From positions 35,171-99,170 of the IMG/VR virus record IMGVR_UViG_3300025012_000047: a stretch of 64,000 nucleotides of DNA; one strand, written 5' to 3'. Source of the stretch: a virus. A program made the translations under genes and the position numbers. Under the pieces are notes generated by a model. That model worked only from the letters and a program-made list of their open reading frames with translations. It ran no database searches and had not been told where the DNA came from. Position 1 is the first letter of the stretch; each line of letters starts with the position of its first letter. Shown here piece by piece: positions 20,309-30,375 of the stretch.

Positions 20309-21501
20309 ATCTTCATCAAGAATGGATGACAGATAGTAGTTTATTCGGAGATGACTATGCTAAGAATGTACAACTCCAACAGGCAAAGGATAGATATGAT
20401 ATTCAAAGATATCAATCAAACGAAGGTTCTCCTGCAATAATTGATACCATTGCAACACAAGTAATAGTTCAATCACATTCAAACCCATTAAATGAAGGTA
20501 AATATGATAAGAAAATTCATATGCCAATTGATACAATAGTCAATACTGGATCAATAGTTGAATGGGAAAATAATAAATGGATTATAGTAAGTAATATTGA
20601 TAATTTACAAGCATATAAAACAGCTAGTATGATTAGATGTAACAACACCATCCAATTCTACTCTTCATCCTCAACTCTACACACAATCCCTTGCATAATC
20701 TCAAAAGGTTCAATCTCTCTAGATGAACAAAAAATAATATCAACTTTAGATTCAGAAATTGCAGTACAAATAAGCAATACTTCAATAACAAGACAAATTG
20801 AGATTAATGATGTGTACAAAATTGGATTGCGTTCGTGGCAGGTAACAAATATTGATGACATTACTGTGAATGGTTTGCTGATTTTGAGAATGGTATATAG
20901 CGAAGTTGAGCAAGTATTTCCTGTTTATAGTGTTGAGATTTTGAATGGAACAACTACAAGTACTCAACAGGGCAATAATATCCAATTAAATGTTCAAGTA
21001 AAAGATCATGATATGATTTTAAGTCCTACTCCATCTGTAATTTATACTAGCTCAGATATAACAAAAGCAATGGTTTCAAGTACAGGTCTAATTTCAACTT
21101 TATCAGTTGGAACTTCAACAATAACATGTAAATTACAAAGTGATAATAACATTTTTGATACATTTGTTGTTAATGTTGAAGCAATTCCTGTTGTTGAGAC
21201 GTATACATTGGAATTGACAGGTAGTATTCAACCTGATAGTGAAATTAAGAGTGGACAAGTGAAGACATATGCTTGTGTTAAGAAAAATAGTTTAGGTGTT
21301 GTGGTTAGTGGAACAATGTTTGATTTTAGTATTGTAAATGGGACTACTTTATCGAGTGCATATACTTTTACAGTTTTGAATGATACTCAGGTAAGTTTGA
21401 AGGCTAATCAGTATACTTATTATATTGATCTTGTTGCAGTAGATAGAAGTGATAATACATTAACTGTTTCTAAACATATTAAATTGAGATCAGTGATGTA
21501 A
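20305..21501 (+). CDS. Head-closure-like virion protein with Ig-like (Big_2) domain
   Basis: GSIVEWENNKWII..IRCNN and Ig-like YTSSDITKAMVSSTGLISTLSVGTSTIT. Confidence 0.65.
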   Translation: MNLHQEWMTDSSLFGDDYAKNVQLQQAKDRYDIQRYQSNEGSPAIIDTIATQVIVQSHSNPLNEGKYDKKIHMPIDTIVNTGSIVEWENNKWIIVSNIDNLQAYKTASMIRCNNTIQFYSSSSTLHTIPCIISKGSISLDEQKIISTLDSEIAVQISNTSITRQIEINDVYKIGLRSWQVTNIDDITVNGLLILRMVYSEVEQVFPVYSVEILNGTTTSTQQGNNIQLNVQVKDHDMILSPTPSVIYTSSDITKAMVSSTGLISTLSVGTSTITCKLQSDNNIFDTFVVNVEAIPVVETYTLELTGSIQPDSEIKSGQVKTYACVKKNSLGVVVSGTMFDFSIVNGTTLSSAYTFTVLNDTQVSLKANQYTYYIDLVAVDRSDNTLTVSKHIKLRSVM

Positions 21502-21577
21502 TTATAAATTTTTAGTCTAGAGGTGGTGTATTAACATAGAAAAATCTTTCAAATTTAAGCATATAGAAAATAATCTT

Positions 21578-22033
21578 GTGAAACTATTATCTTTATTACT
21601 TGAAAGTAAAAATATCTCAAAATATATTTATCATTTAGTAGATGATCCTTTGTCTGAATCAGATGTTACAGAAGACTTAATGGGAAATGGTAATATAATA
21701 TTAACCCTATTTGATGAAACAGTATTAACAAATTCTCAGGTTAAAGTATTCTTAAATCCATTTAATGGTTCTCTTAAATCAATGCCTACTAGCGATATAG
21801 TTTTTACTTTAGACATAATTGTTCCAAATCTATATTGGAAGTTAAATGGCATGGGTCAGATTCGTCCATATCGTATAGCAGATGAATTTGCACAATTAGT
21901 TGATGGACAAAAAGTTGCTGGCATGGGTGAAGTAAATATTACAAATTTTAAAGCATATAAAGTTAATACCACCTATTCAGGTTTAACTTTATTTATTGAA
22001 GTTAATTCTTCGACCACTAAAGGACTGAGATAA
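21578..22033 (+). CDS. Putative tail terminator/connector protein
   Basis: IRPYRIADE motif and position. The true start may be the in-frame ATA at 21536 after GAGGTGG. Confidence 0.55.
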   Translation: MKLLSLLLESKNISKYIYHLVDDPLSESDVTEDLMGNGNIILTLFDETVLTNSQVKVFLNPFNGSLKSMPTSDIVFTLDIIVPNLYWKLNGMGQIRPYRIADEFAQLVDGQKVAGMGEVNITNFKAYKVNTTYSGLTLFIEVNSSTTKGLR

Positions 22034-22774
22034 ATGGCAGAACTTAAATACATATTTGCTCAACCTGATTATGTGGAAGGAATTGATAAAGATAATCCAA
22101 TATGTATTTATCCAGTCAGATTAAAAGATTATGATAAATTTAGTGAAGTATCACATCTTTTACACATATCAAAAAATCATTTTGAGGAAACAGAATATCC
22201 ATTATTAATGTTAGTTTTTATGTGTATGCCACAATTAAATTTAACACAAGAAGAGTTGATTAAAAAATTAGAAGATACTTTTTCAATTATAACAAGAAAA
22301 GATGTTAAGTTTATTTCTGATGAAAAAACTAAAATAGAAGGTTTTGTAGTTGATAATACAAATATAATTACAACTCAAAATTATGAACAAATCAGAGACA
22401 TAACAATGAAACAAAATTTGATATTCGAGCAAAAAGTGTATAAGAACAAACTAGTACAAGAATGGGCTAATAAGGTATTGGAATCTAGGTCTAAAAATTC
22501 ATCAAAAATTACTATGGAAGATATCACTACCACTGTTTCAGTGTATAAAGGAAAAGATTATTGTGAATTGATTGAATATACTATTTATCAAATATATGCT
22601 GATTTTTATAGAATTCGCAAGATGAAAAAATATGATACAGATACCTTATTTGCAACAGTTGCGGAAAAGATCACTATTGAGGATTTTGCAGAAGAGATAA
22701 ATATGTTTAAAAGTCCATATGATGACTTATTTGTTGATTCTAGCAAGTTAAATAAATTTAATGGGATAACGTAA
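22034..22774 (+). CDS. Tail-module hypothetical protein
   Basis: IYPVRLKDY...YTIYQIY..F.R; lies just before the tail tube gene. Confidence 0.6.
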   Translation: MAELKYIFAQPDYVEGIDKDNPICIYPVRLKDYDKFSEVSHLLHISKNHFEETEYPLLMLVFMCMPQLNLTQEELIKKLEDTFSIITRKDVKFISDEKTKIEGFVVDNTNIITTQNYEQIRDITMKQNLIFEQKVYKNKLVQEWANKVLESRSKNSSKITMEDITTTVSVYKGKDYCELIEYTIYQIYADFYRIRKMKKYDTDTLFATVAEKITIEDFAEEINMFKSPYDDLFVDSSKLNKFNGIT

Positions 22775-22807
22775 AATAACAAAATAAAATAAAAAGGAGG
22801 AATTTAA

Positions 22808-23554
22808 ATGAGTTTGGTTGCAGACGTATTTGATATTTTGCTTCAAACAGATACAGGAAGTTTGATTGCATCAACAACTTTGTCAAGTGCTGATATTAAG
22901 ATCAGTGTAGATGAAAAAGAAGTTCGAGGTGGAAAAGGAGATAATTTGATTGCGATCCTTCATAGCGCACGAAAAGTAGAAATTTCTACTTCTGAAATGC
23001 TTTTTAAATGGGATTGGATTGCTAATCAACTTGGTCAAACTGCTGTTGTAGGGGCAACCACGGCTTGGGCAATGCCTACTTTCTATACTGCCGCAACGAC
23101 TACAGGGGTAACTATAACCTTATCGCCAAAGCCTTTAGCTTCTGCTAGTGGCATAGAAATTTATAAAACAGATGGTACATTAGTAGCACCTGCCAATTAT
23201 ACTGTCGTCGCAGCAACAGGAGTAACCACATTTAGTTCTGGCGTAGTTGCAGGAGATATTGTTGAAGTAAGAGGATATAAATATACCACTGCAGCAACGG
23301 CAAGCACAATCACTATTAATAATACTTCTTTTGCTGAAGGTGTAGTTTGTATTTTATCGACAGTTGAAATTGATGAGGATGAAACGCCTTTAAATGTAAT
23401 TCAAATTCAATTAGATGAAGTTTTACCAAGTGGCAATTTTGATATTTCTACTAAATCTGCTAGAGATGCAAGTGTGTCTAATTTTACATTTAAAGCAATC
23501 AAACCTACGACAAGCAATACTATTGGTCGGATGATTAAGACTCCGATTGTCTAA
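22808..23554 (+). CDS. Major tail (tube) protein
   Basis: EVRGGKGDNLIAILHS and VLPSGNFDIS motifs; strong AGGAGG RBS. Confidence 0.75.
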   Translation: MSLVADVFDILLQTDTGSLIASTTLSSADIKISVDEKEVRGGKGDNLIAILHSARKVEISTSEMLFKWDWIANQLGQTAVVGATTAWAMPTFYTAATTTGVTITLSPKPLASASGIEIYKTDGTLVAPANYTVVAATGVTTFSSGVVAGDIVEVRGYKYTTAATASTITINNTSFAEGVVCILSTVEIDEDETPLNVIQIQLDEVLPSGNFDISTKSARDASVSNFTFKAIKPTTSNTIGRMIKTPIV

Positions 23555-23574
23555 TAATAAAAAATAAACTAAAT

Positions 23575-23682
23575 ATGGTTTCTATAAATAGATAGCTACT
23601 ATTTATAGAGTAATTAAAAGACACCTTGCCGATACAGGGTGTCTTTCCCATTGCATCAATCTCTAATATCGGAAAGGGGAAA
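23575..23682 (+). promoter_or_regulatory. Structured leader RNA, copy 2
   Basis: P2 TCTATAAATAG-ATAGCTA-CTATTTATAGA; P3 AAAGACACCTTG-CCGATA-CAGGGTGTCTTT; loop CCGATA (23629-23634) complementary to TATCGG (23667-23672), abutting the RBS. Confidence 0.7.
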
Positions 23683-23687
23683 ATAAA

Positions 23688-25397
23688 ATGATACAAGAAA
23701 TAGAAGTTTTGGTTAATGTTACGCATAGAAATAAAACTTATTATAGAAATAAAGAATATATTTGTGAAAACGGAGATTCAATATTAGTAAAAATTAATGA
23801 TTTAAATCCAAATGGTATTACTATGGTTCATGCTGAATGCCAAGGATGTAAAGTTATATTCCCTATGGAATATAGAACATATCTAATAAATATAAATTCT
23901 ACAGAAATTAATGAGTATTATTGTAACAAATGTAATCACATTAAAAAAGGGAAAATAAATTCAATAAAACAATCTGAAGGCAAACTTACTCGAAAAGATC
24001 GTGGATACTGGACTTTTAAAGAAAATAGAACCAATGAATTGTATGATTACATAGTAAAGCATGACAATAACTTAAACAACATGATAAAATTTGACCCACA
24101 TTTATTTAATGCTATATATGAATACGATAAGGGTATTCCTAATTTGTTAAGAGAATTAAATCTTAATCCGGAAGAATATCTTCCAGAAAAAATGTCAAAC
24201 TGGAATAATTCTCAAGAAAGTATATCAAATAAAATAAAATCTTTCATTAATGAAAATAAAAGATTCCCTTCACAGCAAGAGATGGGAGGCGTTTTAAGAA
24301 TTTCTTCAAGAGAATTCCAGAAATACTTTAAGAACTTTGAAGAATGTAAAAAATATATAGGATACTATAATAAAGACGATTTAATAGATAATAGAGGAGA
24401 TTTAAACAGATCACATTATGAGTTATTTGTAGCAAATTATTTAATTGCACAAGGACTAGGTGATTATTACAAAAGAGAAGAGTCTCCATTTAAAAAATAT
24501 GATACAAGTCTAAATTATAGAAGTGATTTTACATTTTACTTAAAAGATAAAGAGATTCATATAGAGGTATGGGCAAGTAGTTATGATAATAAATTCCTTG
24601 GAATATATAGAGATTATCTTAACAAAAGAAAAATTAAAGAAGATTTATACAAGAAAAACAAAGATGATATAATTTTAATCGGTATTGAACCAAAGACTTT
24701 TGCCTGTAGTTATAAACAAATAGAACGAAATCTATATGAAATATTTAAAAATTATTTGGAATTAAATTATTCAAATATTGATTATGAATTATTATTAACA
24801 CCAAATAATTTAACAGAAGATGAAGTTTTAAACTTGCTGATAAAGTATAGTTCTAATGCAAATAAAATTCCTAGTAATCAAGAAGTGCTAAAGCATAAAG
24901 GTGGCTATGCTTTATTAAATTATATAAATAAAAGATTTGGTGGTTTGACTTATTTTGCTGTTAAATATGGAAAAGATATAGGACATAAGAATCAATATTG
25001 GAACGATAATACTGTATTTAAATCATTTGATTATATGCTAGAAAAGTATAATCAGTTTTTAAGTAAGACGGAGTATAAAAAAATAGACGATTGTAGATTA
25101 CAAGGATTATATGCATATATAGATAAGACACATTCTCTAATTGACTACAAAATAAAATATATAAATAATTTAATTAACAATCATTTAATTTTAAGTGAAT
25201 ATTTATACAAAACATTATGTGATATCGCAAACAATTCTATAAAAAACTTTTACAATTTAAAATTAGAAACACAAGAGAAAGCACAAAGAGTATTAGAAAA
25301 TTATAAACACTTAAAATATGAGGAAGAATATGATTTTGGAGAATTAAGAAGTGCTTATATACTTAAAAAAGAAATTGATAGTTTAGTAGCAAAATAA
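23688..25397 (+). CDS. Homing-endonuclease-like protein (PD-(D/E)XK core), paralogue of 38655
   Basis: DNRGDLNRSHYELFVANYL..YKRE..NYRSDFTFY..IHIEVW and the shared N-terminal CxxC domain. Confidence 0.7.
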   Translation: MIQEIEVLVNVTHRNKTYYRNKEYICENGDSILVKINDLNPNGITMVHAECQGCKVIFPMEYRTYLININSTEINEYYCNKCNHIKKGKINSIKQSEGKLTRKDRGYWTFKENRTNELYDYIVKHDNNLNNMIKFDPHLFNAIYEYDKGIPNLLRELNLNPEEYLPEKMSNWNNSQESISNKIKSFINENKRFPSQQEMGGVLRISSREFQKYFKNFEECKKYIGYYNKDDLIDNRGDLNRSHYELFVANYLIAQGLGDYYKREESPFKKYDTSLNYRSDFTFYLKDKEIHIEVWASSYDNKFLGIYRDYLNKRKIKEDLYKKNKDDIILIGIEPKTFACSYKQIERNLYEIFKNYLELNYSNIDYELLLTPNNLTEDEVLNLLIKYSSNANKIPSNQEVLKHKGGYALLNYINKRFGGLTYFAVKYGKDIGHKNQYWNDNTVFKSFDYMLEKYNQFLSKTEYKKIDDCRLQGLYAYIDKTHSLIDYKIKYINNLINNHLILSEYLYKTLCDIANNSIKNFYNLKLETQEKAQRVLENYKHLKYEEEYDFGELRSAYILKKEIDSLVAK

Positions 25398-25588
25398 TAA
25401 ATAAATAGCATAAAATAATTATAGGAAATGTACAATCCTATAATTATCCCAAAATCATAATTCCTAACAATCAAAAATAAGGAGAAGACAGACAACACCA
25501 ATTGTCTTCTTCTCCTTATTTTTTTACTATCCACAATCCAAAATCCCACCGACCAATAATCCCAAAAAGAAAGGAAGTGCTCCAAACA

Positions 25589-26533
25589 ATGGCAAATGAA
25601 TCAGGCAACATGGAACAAATATTAGGGACATCAAACCTCAACAACGAAACACGCTTTATAAAAACAACAGATACAGGCACTCTTCTAACTCAAACTTCTA
25701 TCACAGATCCTATCCCATCAGGCAATAATCTCATAGGAGCAACAATGACTCATGGTGATATCGCTATGGTAATGAGAGATTCAAAATTAGATCCTTCTCA
25801 TTTACTACTTGCTAATGCAACTTATACATCACCTGTAATTGACAGACCTCGACAACCTGTTCCTGATGGAATGATTAGAATTTATGTTAAATCAAGTTCT
25901 ACAGGACTTTTGACATTACAACAAGCAGATACATATAATCCTCTTAATCCAGACGTTGGATGGACAACGCTTGCAACTTTAAGTTGTAGTGCAACAATAT
26001 CAGCATTAATGCCTTGGACAACACCTACAAAACAATATATTAGATTTATTTTTGTAAATGGTGCTGTAGCTCAAACGGAGTTTTTATTAAATCATTATAC
26101 CCAAGGTGTTGGAATTGTACCAGTTATGGAAGCAGATGGTGCTAATATTACATTAGGAACAAATTCAGCAACTCCTGTAACTGATCCAAATGCACCAGGT
26201 TCAGTTAATGCTAATTTAAAAGGAATAATGAAGTCAATTCAAGGAACTCTAATAAATAACCAAACAAATAAAGCAGTAACAGCAAGCACTAATATATTAA
26301 CAGCAAATTATACAGCTATAAATTATCAACAATCAACTTTAATGGTATCAACAAGTGCTACAGGTATTTTATCTCTTGCGGTGGATGGTGTTCTTAGTAC
26401 ATTAAATAGTGGTGTTGCTCTAGATATAAATAAATGGTATGCATTTGATGTGCTTTTATTAACTGGGTCAACTTATAATCTTCAATTATCTGTTGATGCA
26501 ACGATGCAAATTAAATGGGTTGGAGGTGCTTAA
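25589..26533 (+). CDS. Hypothetical beta-rich virion-associated protein
   Basis: AAGGAAG RBS before ATG 25589; Thr/Ser-rich; coupled to the tail-collar gene. Confidence 0.55.
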   Translation: MANESGNMEQILGTSNLNNETRFIKTTDTGTLLTQTSITDPIPSGNNLIGATMTHGDIAMVMRDSKLDPSHLLLANATYTSPVIDRPRQPVPDGMIRIYVKSSSTGLLTLQQADTYNPLNPDVGWTTLATLSCSATISALMPWTTPTKQYIRFIFVNGAVAQTEFLLNHYTQGVGIVPVMEADGANITLGTNSATPVTDPNAPGSVNANLKGIMKSIQGTLINNQTNKAVTASTNILTANYTAINYQQSTLMVSTSATGILSLAVDGVLSTLNSGVALDINKWYAFDVLLLTGSTYNLQLSVDATMQIKWVGGA

Positions 26534-26535
26534 AA

Positions 26536-27045
26536 ATGATTAAATGGCCTCCACAAGGAATAAATAATATTAGTGGTAATTTAACTGGAATAATTCAAAT
26601 GTTTGCAGGGTTAACAGCACCTGATGGGTGGAAGATTTGTGATGGATCAGCAATATCTAGAACTACATATTCAGCTTTATTTAATGTAATTGGAGTAAGT
26701 TATGGTGCTGGAGATGGAGCAACAACTTATAATATCCCAAATCTCAATGGGAAAGTCCCAGTCGGTTTAAATTCTTTAGAACCTGAATTTGACACGCTAG
26801 GGAAATCTGGCGGTGAAAAATCTCATTTACTTACCTCTGCTGAGAGTGGATCGCCAGCACATAATCATCCAATAACTGCAAAATTGCAAGCTTATGGAAC
26901 AACGTATAATGAACCAAATACTGGTAGTGATGGTCAAGGTAATTGGGGGACTACTTATACAAATAATAGTACTGCTACAGATGCAAGTTCTGCCCATCAA
27001 AATTTACAGCCTTATTGTACCATTAATATGATTATAAAATATTAA
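26536..27045 (+). CDS. Phage tail collar domain protein
   Basis: GIIQMFAG..APDGWKICDGSAISRTTYSALFNVIG..YGAGDG.TTYNIPNL.GKVPVG..HQNLQPY. Confidence 0.9.
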   Translation: MIKWPPQGINNISGNLTGIIQMFAGLTAPDGWKICDGSAISRTTYSALFNVIGVSYGAGDGATTYNIPNLNGKVPVGLNSLEPEFDTLGKSGGEKSHLLTSAESGSPAHNHPITAKLQAYGTTYNEPNTGSDGQGNWGTTYTNNSTATDASSAHQNLQPYCTINMIIKY

Positions 27046-27186
27046 ATTAGAATCCGCATTTCCAAGGATTGTTTAGTTTAGTAATTTTAATATTTTTCAT
27101 TAGATTGAATCTCATTCTTTAATTAGGATGAGATTTTATGTGTTGAAAAACACACAAATTTAAAATGAAAGGAAGTGAAAACTAAA

Positions 27187-27393
27187 ATGACAGAACAATC
27201 AAAAGAACAAAAAGAACAAGAAGGATTTATTTACGTTTACAACCCACTTCAAGCCAATTTCTACGCCTATAAAGGTGTTATGATTAAGGCTACAGGCGTA
27301 CATCCCGAAACAAAGAAAGTATGGTATAAGTTCAGTCGCTCAGAATGCTATGAAGCATATTGCGAGTGGTGTGATAGATCAAAGAAGAAATAG
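27187..27393 (+). CDS. Small DUF5659-like protein (paralogue 2)
   Basis: FIYVYNPLQANFYAYKGV..TGVHPETKKVWYKF..AY.EWC. Confidence 0.7.
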   Translation: MTEQSKEQKEQEGFIYVYNPLQANFYAYKGVMIKATGVHPETKKVWYKFSRSECYEAYCEWCDRSKKK

Positions 27394-27440
27394 TTTTATA
27401 AGTGATTAATATTAAAATTAAGAAAGAAGGATGATTTATA

Positions 27441-28346
27441 ATGATGGAAAATAATAATGAATTAACTGTAAGTGGAGTTACTATAGTTAATGGTGCGGAA
27501 ATACATAATATATTTGGTGAATTTGGAGAAAATCAAAAAAGCGTATTAGCAAAGGAAATAGCCAATGTTCATGGTATTGACGTAGGAAGATTGAATGAGA
27601 AAATAAATAGAAATATTAAAAGATTTAGGCCAGAAATTGATATAATTGATATAAAGACTAATGAAAATTCCGTTAACGCACTTTGCGAAAGCGGAATATA
27701 TACTAGAAATGCGTTAAATGCTAGTAAAAACATATTTATTTTTAGTAGAAAAGGATATCTAAAATTAGTTGGAATTATGGAAGATGATTTAGCTTATGAT
27801 ATTCAAGATCAAATGATTGATGAATATTTTGAATTAAAAGAGTTGGAAATTACCAAAGAAGATAAATTATGTTTAAGTATTATTAAAGCCAATTCTCAAG
27901 AAGGTAGAATGGTAGCAGTAGGAGAATTAGTTGAATATAAAAATCAACAAATTGCAGAGAAAGATGAATTGCTACAAATCCAAGCACCAAAAGTAGCAAT
28001 GGCAGATAGATTTGCTGTTACAGATTCATTAATGGGAATTAGGAAAGTTGCAAAGATATTTAATGAGAGAATTAAAAATAACAAAACAATTGGTGAAAAG
28101 AAGCTATTTGAGATTTTAAGAAATGAGAGCATATTACAAGATAGTGATGGAGAATGGAATATTCCTTATCAAAGATATATTGATGCAGGGTATTTTGAAC
28201 TTAAACCAAGTACTCATAGTAATGGATTTGGAAGTATTATTACAGATTTTACAACAAAGGTTACAGGTAAGGGATTAGAGTGGTTGTGGAAACAATTACT
28301 TAAAAAGGGTTATGTGATGAGTGATGATGTAAAGTTGTTGAGTTAG
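27441..28346 (+). CDS. Antirepressor-like protein (ORF6N plus ANT/KilAC)
   Basis: VLAKEIANVHG..LNEKINRNIKRF..IFSRKGYLKL; C-terminal APKV..IGEKKLF..NIPYQRYIDAGYFE..TKVTGKG. Confidence 0.85.
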   Translation: MMENNNELTVSGVTIVNGAEIHNIFGEFGENQKSVLAKEIANVHGIDVGRLNEKINRNIKRFRPEIDIIDIKTNENSVNALCESGIYTRNALNASKNIFIFSRKGYLKLVGIMEDDLAYDIQDQMIDEYFELKELEITKEDKLCLSIIKANSQEGRMVAVGELVEYKNQQIAEKDELLQIQAPKVAMADRFAVTDSLMGIRKVAKIFNERIKNNKTIGEKKLFEILRNESILQDSDGEWNIPYQRYIDAGYFELKPSTHSNGFGSIITDFTTKVTGKGLEWLWKQLLKKGYVMSDDVKLLS

Positions 28347-28460
28347 TTGTTTGGTGATTGGATAAGTAGTTTTAAAATAAACAAATAAAATATAATTAAT
28401 TAACAAAGGTATGTGCTCATTGTGCATACCTTTGTTTTGATATGGAGTGAAATGTGAAAA

Positions 28461-28907
28461 ATGGCAAGATCAAAATTCAATGTAAATACTAGTAAAAAAG
28501 CGAAAGAAAAACGTACATTAAACGGATATACATTTGATTCAGATATCGAATACAAGTTTTACGTCTATATCTTATCTCAACAAGAAGAAGGATTAATTAA
28601 AGAAATTCTCATTCAACCAAAATTTGAATTACAACAAAAGTATGAGAAATTAGGCAAGAAGATTCGTCCTATCCAATACATAGCCGATTTTCAAGTCGAA
28701 TACACAAATGGTGAAATTGTAGTTTTTGATGTCAAGGGAATGGTTACACCAGAATTTAAATTGAAGAGAAAGATATTTGATTTTGTGTTTCCTGATAAAG
28801 TATTGAGGTGCGTTAATTATAGCAGGTTGGATAATGGTTGGTGTGATATCGAGGATATAGAAAAAGGAAGAAAATTAAGAAAGAAAGAGAAGTTAAATAA
28901 AGTATAA
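28461..28907 (+). CDS. DUF1064-like PD-(D/E)XK nuclease
   Basis: GYTFDS.IE..QPKFELQ..IQYIADF..DVKGM.TPEFKLK. Confidence 0.8.
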   Translation: MARSKFNVNTSKKAKEKRTLNGYTFDSDIEYKFYVYILSQQEEGLIKEILIQPKFELQQKYEKLGKKIRPIQYIADFQVEYTNGEIVVFDVKGMVTPEFKLKRKIFDFVFPDKVLRCVNYSRLDNGWCDIEDIEKGRKLRKKEKLNKV

Positions 28908-28923
28908 ATAATAAATAATAAGG

Positions 28924-29988
28924 ATGGTGATTGCAATTCCAAGAGAAACATTTAAAAAACAAATAACCTCTCCAGAATTAACAGCACAATTTAATCCTGA
29001 GAATGTGAAATTAGTTAATAGATTTCTAAAATACAAAAACACCTCAAAGAGCGATGGTACAGTGACTGGTTACACTAGTGATCTTAACATTTTCTTCACT
29101 TGGAATTTATTGGAGAATGATAATAAATTATTTACAGATATGAAGAAAATTGAGTTTGCTGATTTCTTTAGTTATGGGGTAGAAGAATTACATTGGAGTG
29201 CTAATAGATTTAGTAGAATACGTTCAGCATTAAGTTCATTGTCTGAATTTATCGAAAGGTTTTATGACGAAACATATATAAATTATCGTAATATTGTGCT
29301 AAAAGCGGTAGATTTAATGCCAAAATCTCCTGTTAGAGAAAAGACAATATTATCTGAAGAGCAAGTTGATAGTTTACTTAATCATCTTAAAAATACACTT
29401 AATAGACCAAACGAAGCATGTTTACTAGCATTAGCAATAAGTTCAGGAGCACGGGTTGCAGAATTACTAAGATTCAAAACTTCTATAATTGATGAGAATA
29501 ATATTGCATGGGATTTATTTTTAGAAACATTAAAACCAATTAAAACGAAAGGATTTACAAAACAGGGAAAAATGTTAACGAAATATATAGTGAAGGATTT
29601 ATTTTTACCATATTATAAAGATTGGTTAATTGAAAGAGAAAAAATAATGACAAAATATAATAGGGAACATGACTCTATTTTTATTACTAGAGATGGTAAA
29701 CCAGCAACACTACACACTATTAGGGGTTGGATTGAAAAATGGGAAGAATTCCTTAATGTTCCGACATATTTCCACAATTTTCGACATTATACTGTCACTT
29801 ATTTAACAAAAATAGGTTTAGAGTCAGATTTTATTATTGAAATTATGGGATGGTCGTCTAGTGAAATGTATCGAATTTATAACGATTTAACAGCAAAAGA
29901 TAGAGAATGGAAGGGTTTAGATAAACTTAAAATACATCTAAATGATAAAGAGGTTATTGAAGAGAATAAATCAAAAGACATTAAATAA
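28924..29988 (+). CDS. Tyrosine recombinase/integrase (SPbeta YomM-like position)
   Basis: SGARVAEL, K of KTKG, HNFRH, IMGWSS and catalytic Y in RIYND. Confidence 0.88.
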   Translation: MVIAIPRETFKKQITSPELTAQFNPENVKLVNRFLKYKNTSKSDGTVTGYTSDLNIFFTWNLLENDNKLFTDMKKIEFADFFSYGVEELHWSANRFSRIRSALSSLSEFIERFYDETYINYRNIVLKAVDLMPKSPVREKTILSEEQVDSLLNHLKNTLNRPNEACLLALAISSGARVAELLRFKTSIIDENNIAWDLFLETLKPIKTKGFTKQGKMLTKYIVKDLFLPYYKDWLIEREKIMTKYNREHDSIFITRDGKPATLHTIRGWIEKWEEFLNVPTYFHNFRHYTVTYLTKIGLESDFIIEIMGWSSSEMYRIYNDLTAKDREWKGLDKLKIHLNDKEVIEENKSKDIK

Positions 29989-30141
29989 TCCAAGGGATTA
30001 AAATTACAACTTAATCCCTCTATTCCTCTCACTTTCTCCAATAACTTAAAACCCCAATTTGAATGGGATTGAAATTTGAGTTATTTAAAATAGATAACTC
30101 TTTTTATAATATAAAAATAAATAAAAAAGGAATGATTATTA

Positions 30142-30333
30142 ATGATTATCAATCATAATGTCGTTTATATTTACAATTTGCGTCAAGCAGAATTCTATTT
30201 TCAAAAAGGATTACTTCCTTTAAGTGTAGGTATTGGTTCTAAAAACGATACATATGTTAAATTTGCTAAAACTGATGAACTAAAATCCGCATTTATAGAA
30301 TGGTGCAATTCTAAAACTCCGATAGCAAAATAA
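30142..30333 (+). CDS. Small DUF5659-like protein (paralogue 3)
   Basis: VYIYNLRQAEFYFQKGL...G.GSKNDTYVKF...AFIEWC. Confidence 0.7.
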   Translation: MIINHNVVYIYNLRQAEFYFQKGLLPLSVGIGSKNDTYVKFAKTDELKSAFIEWCNSKTPIAK

Positions 30334-30375
30334 TAATAAATCTGATTTCAAAATGAAAGGACACGGTGAATAATA

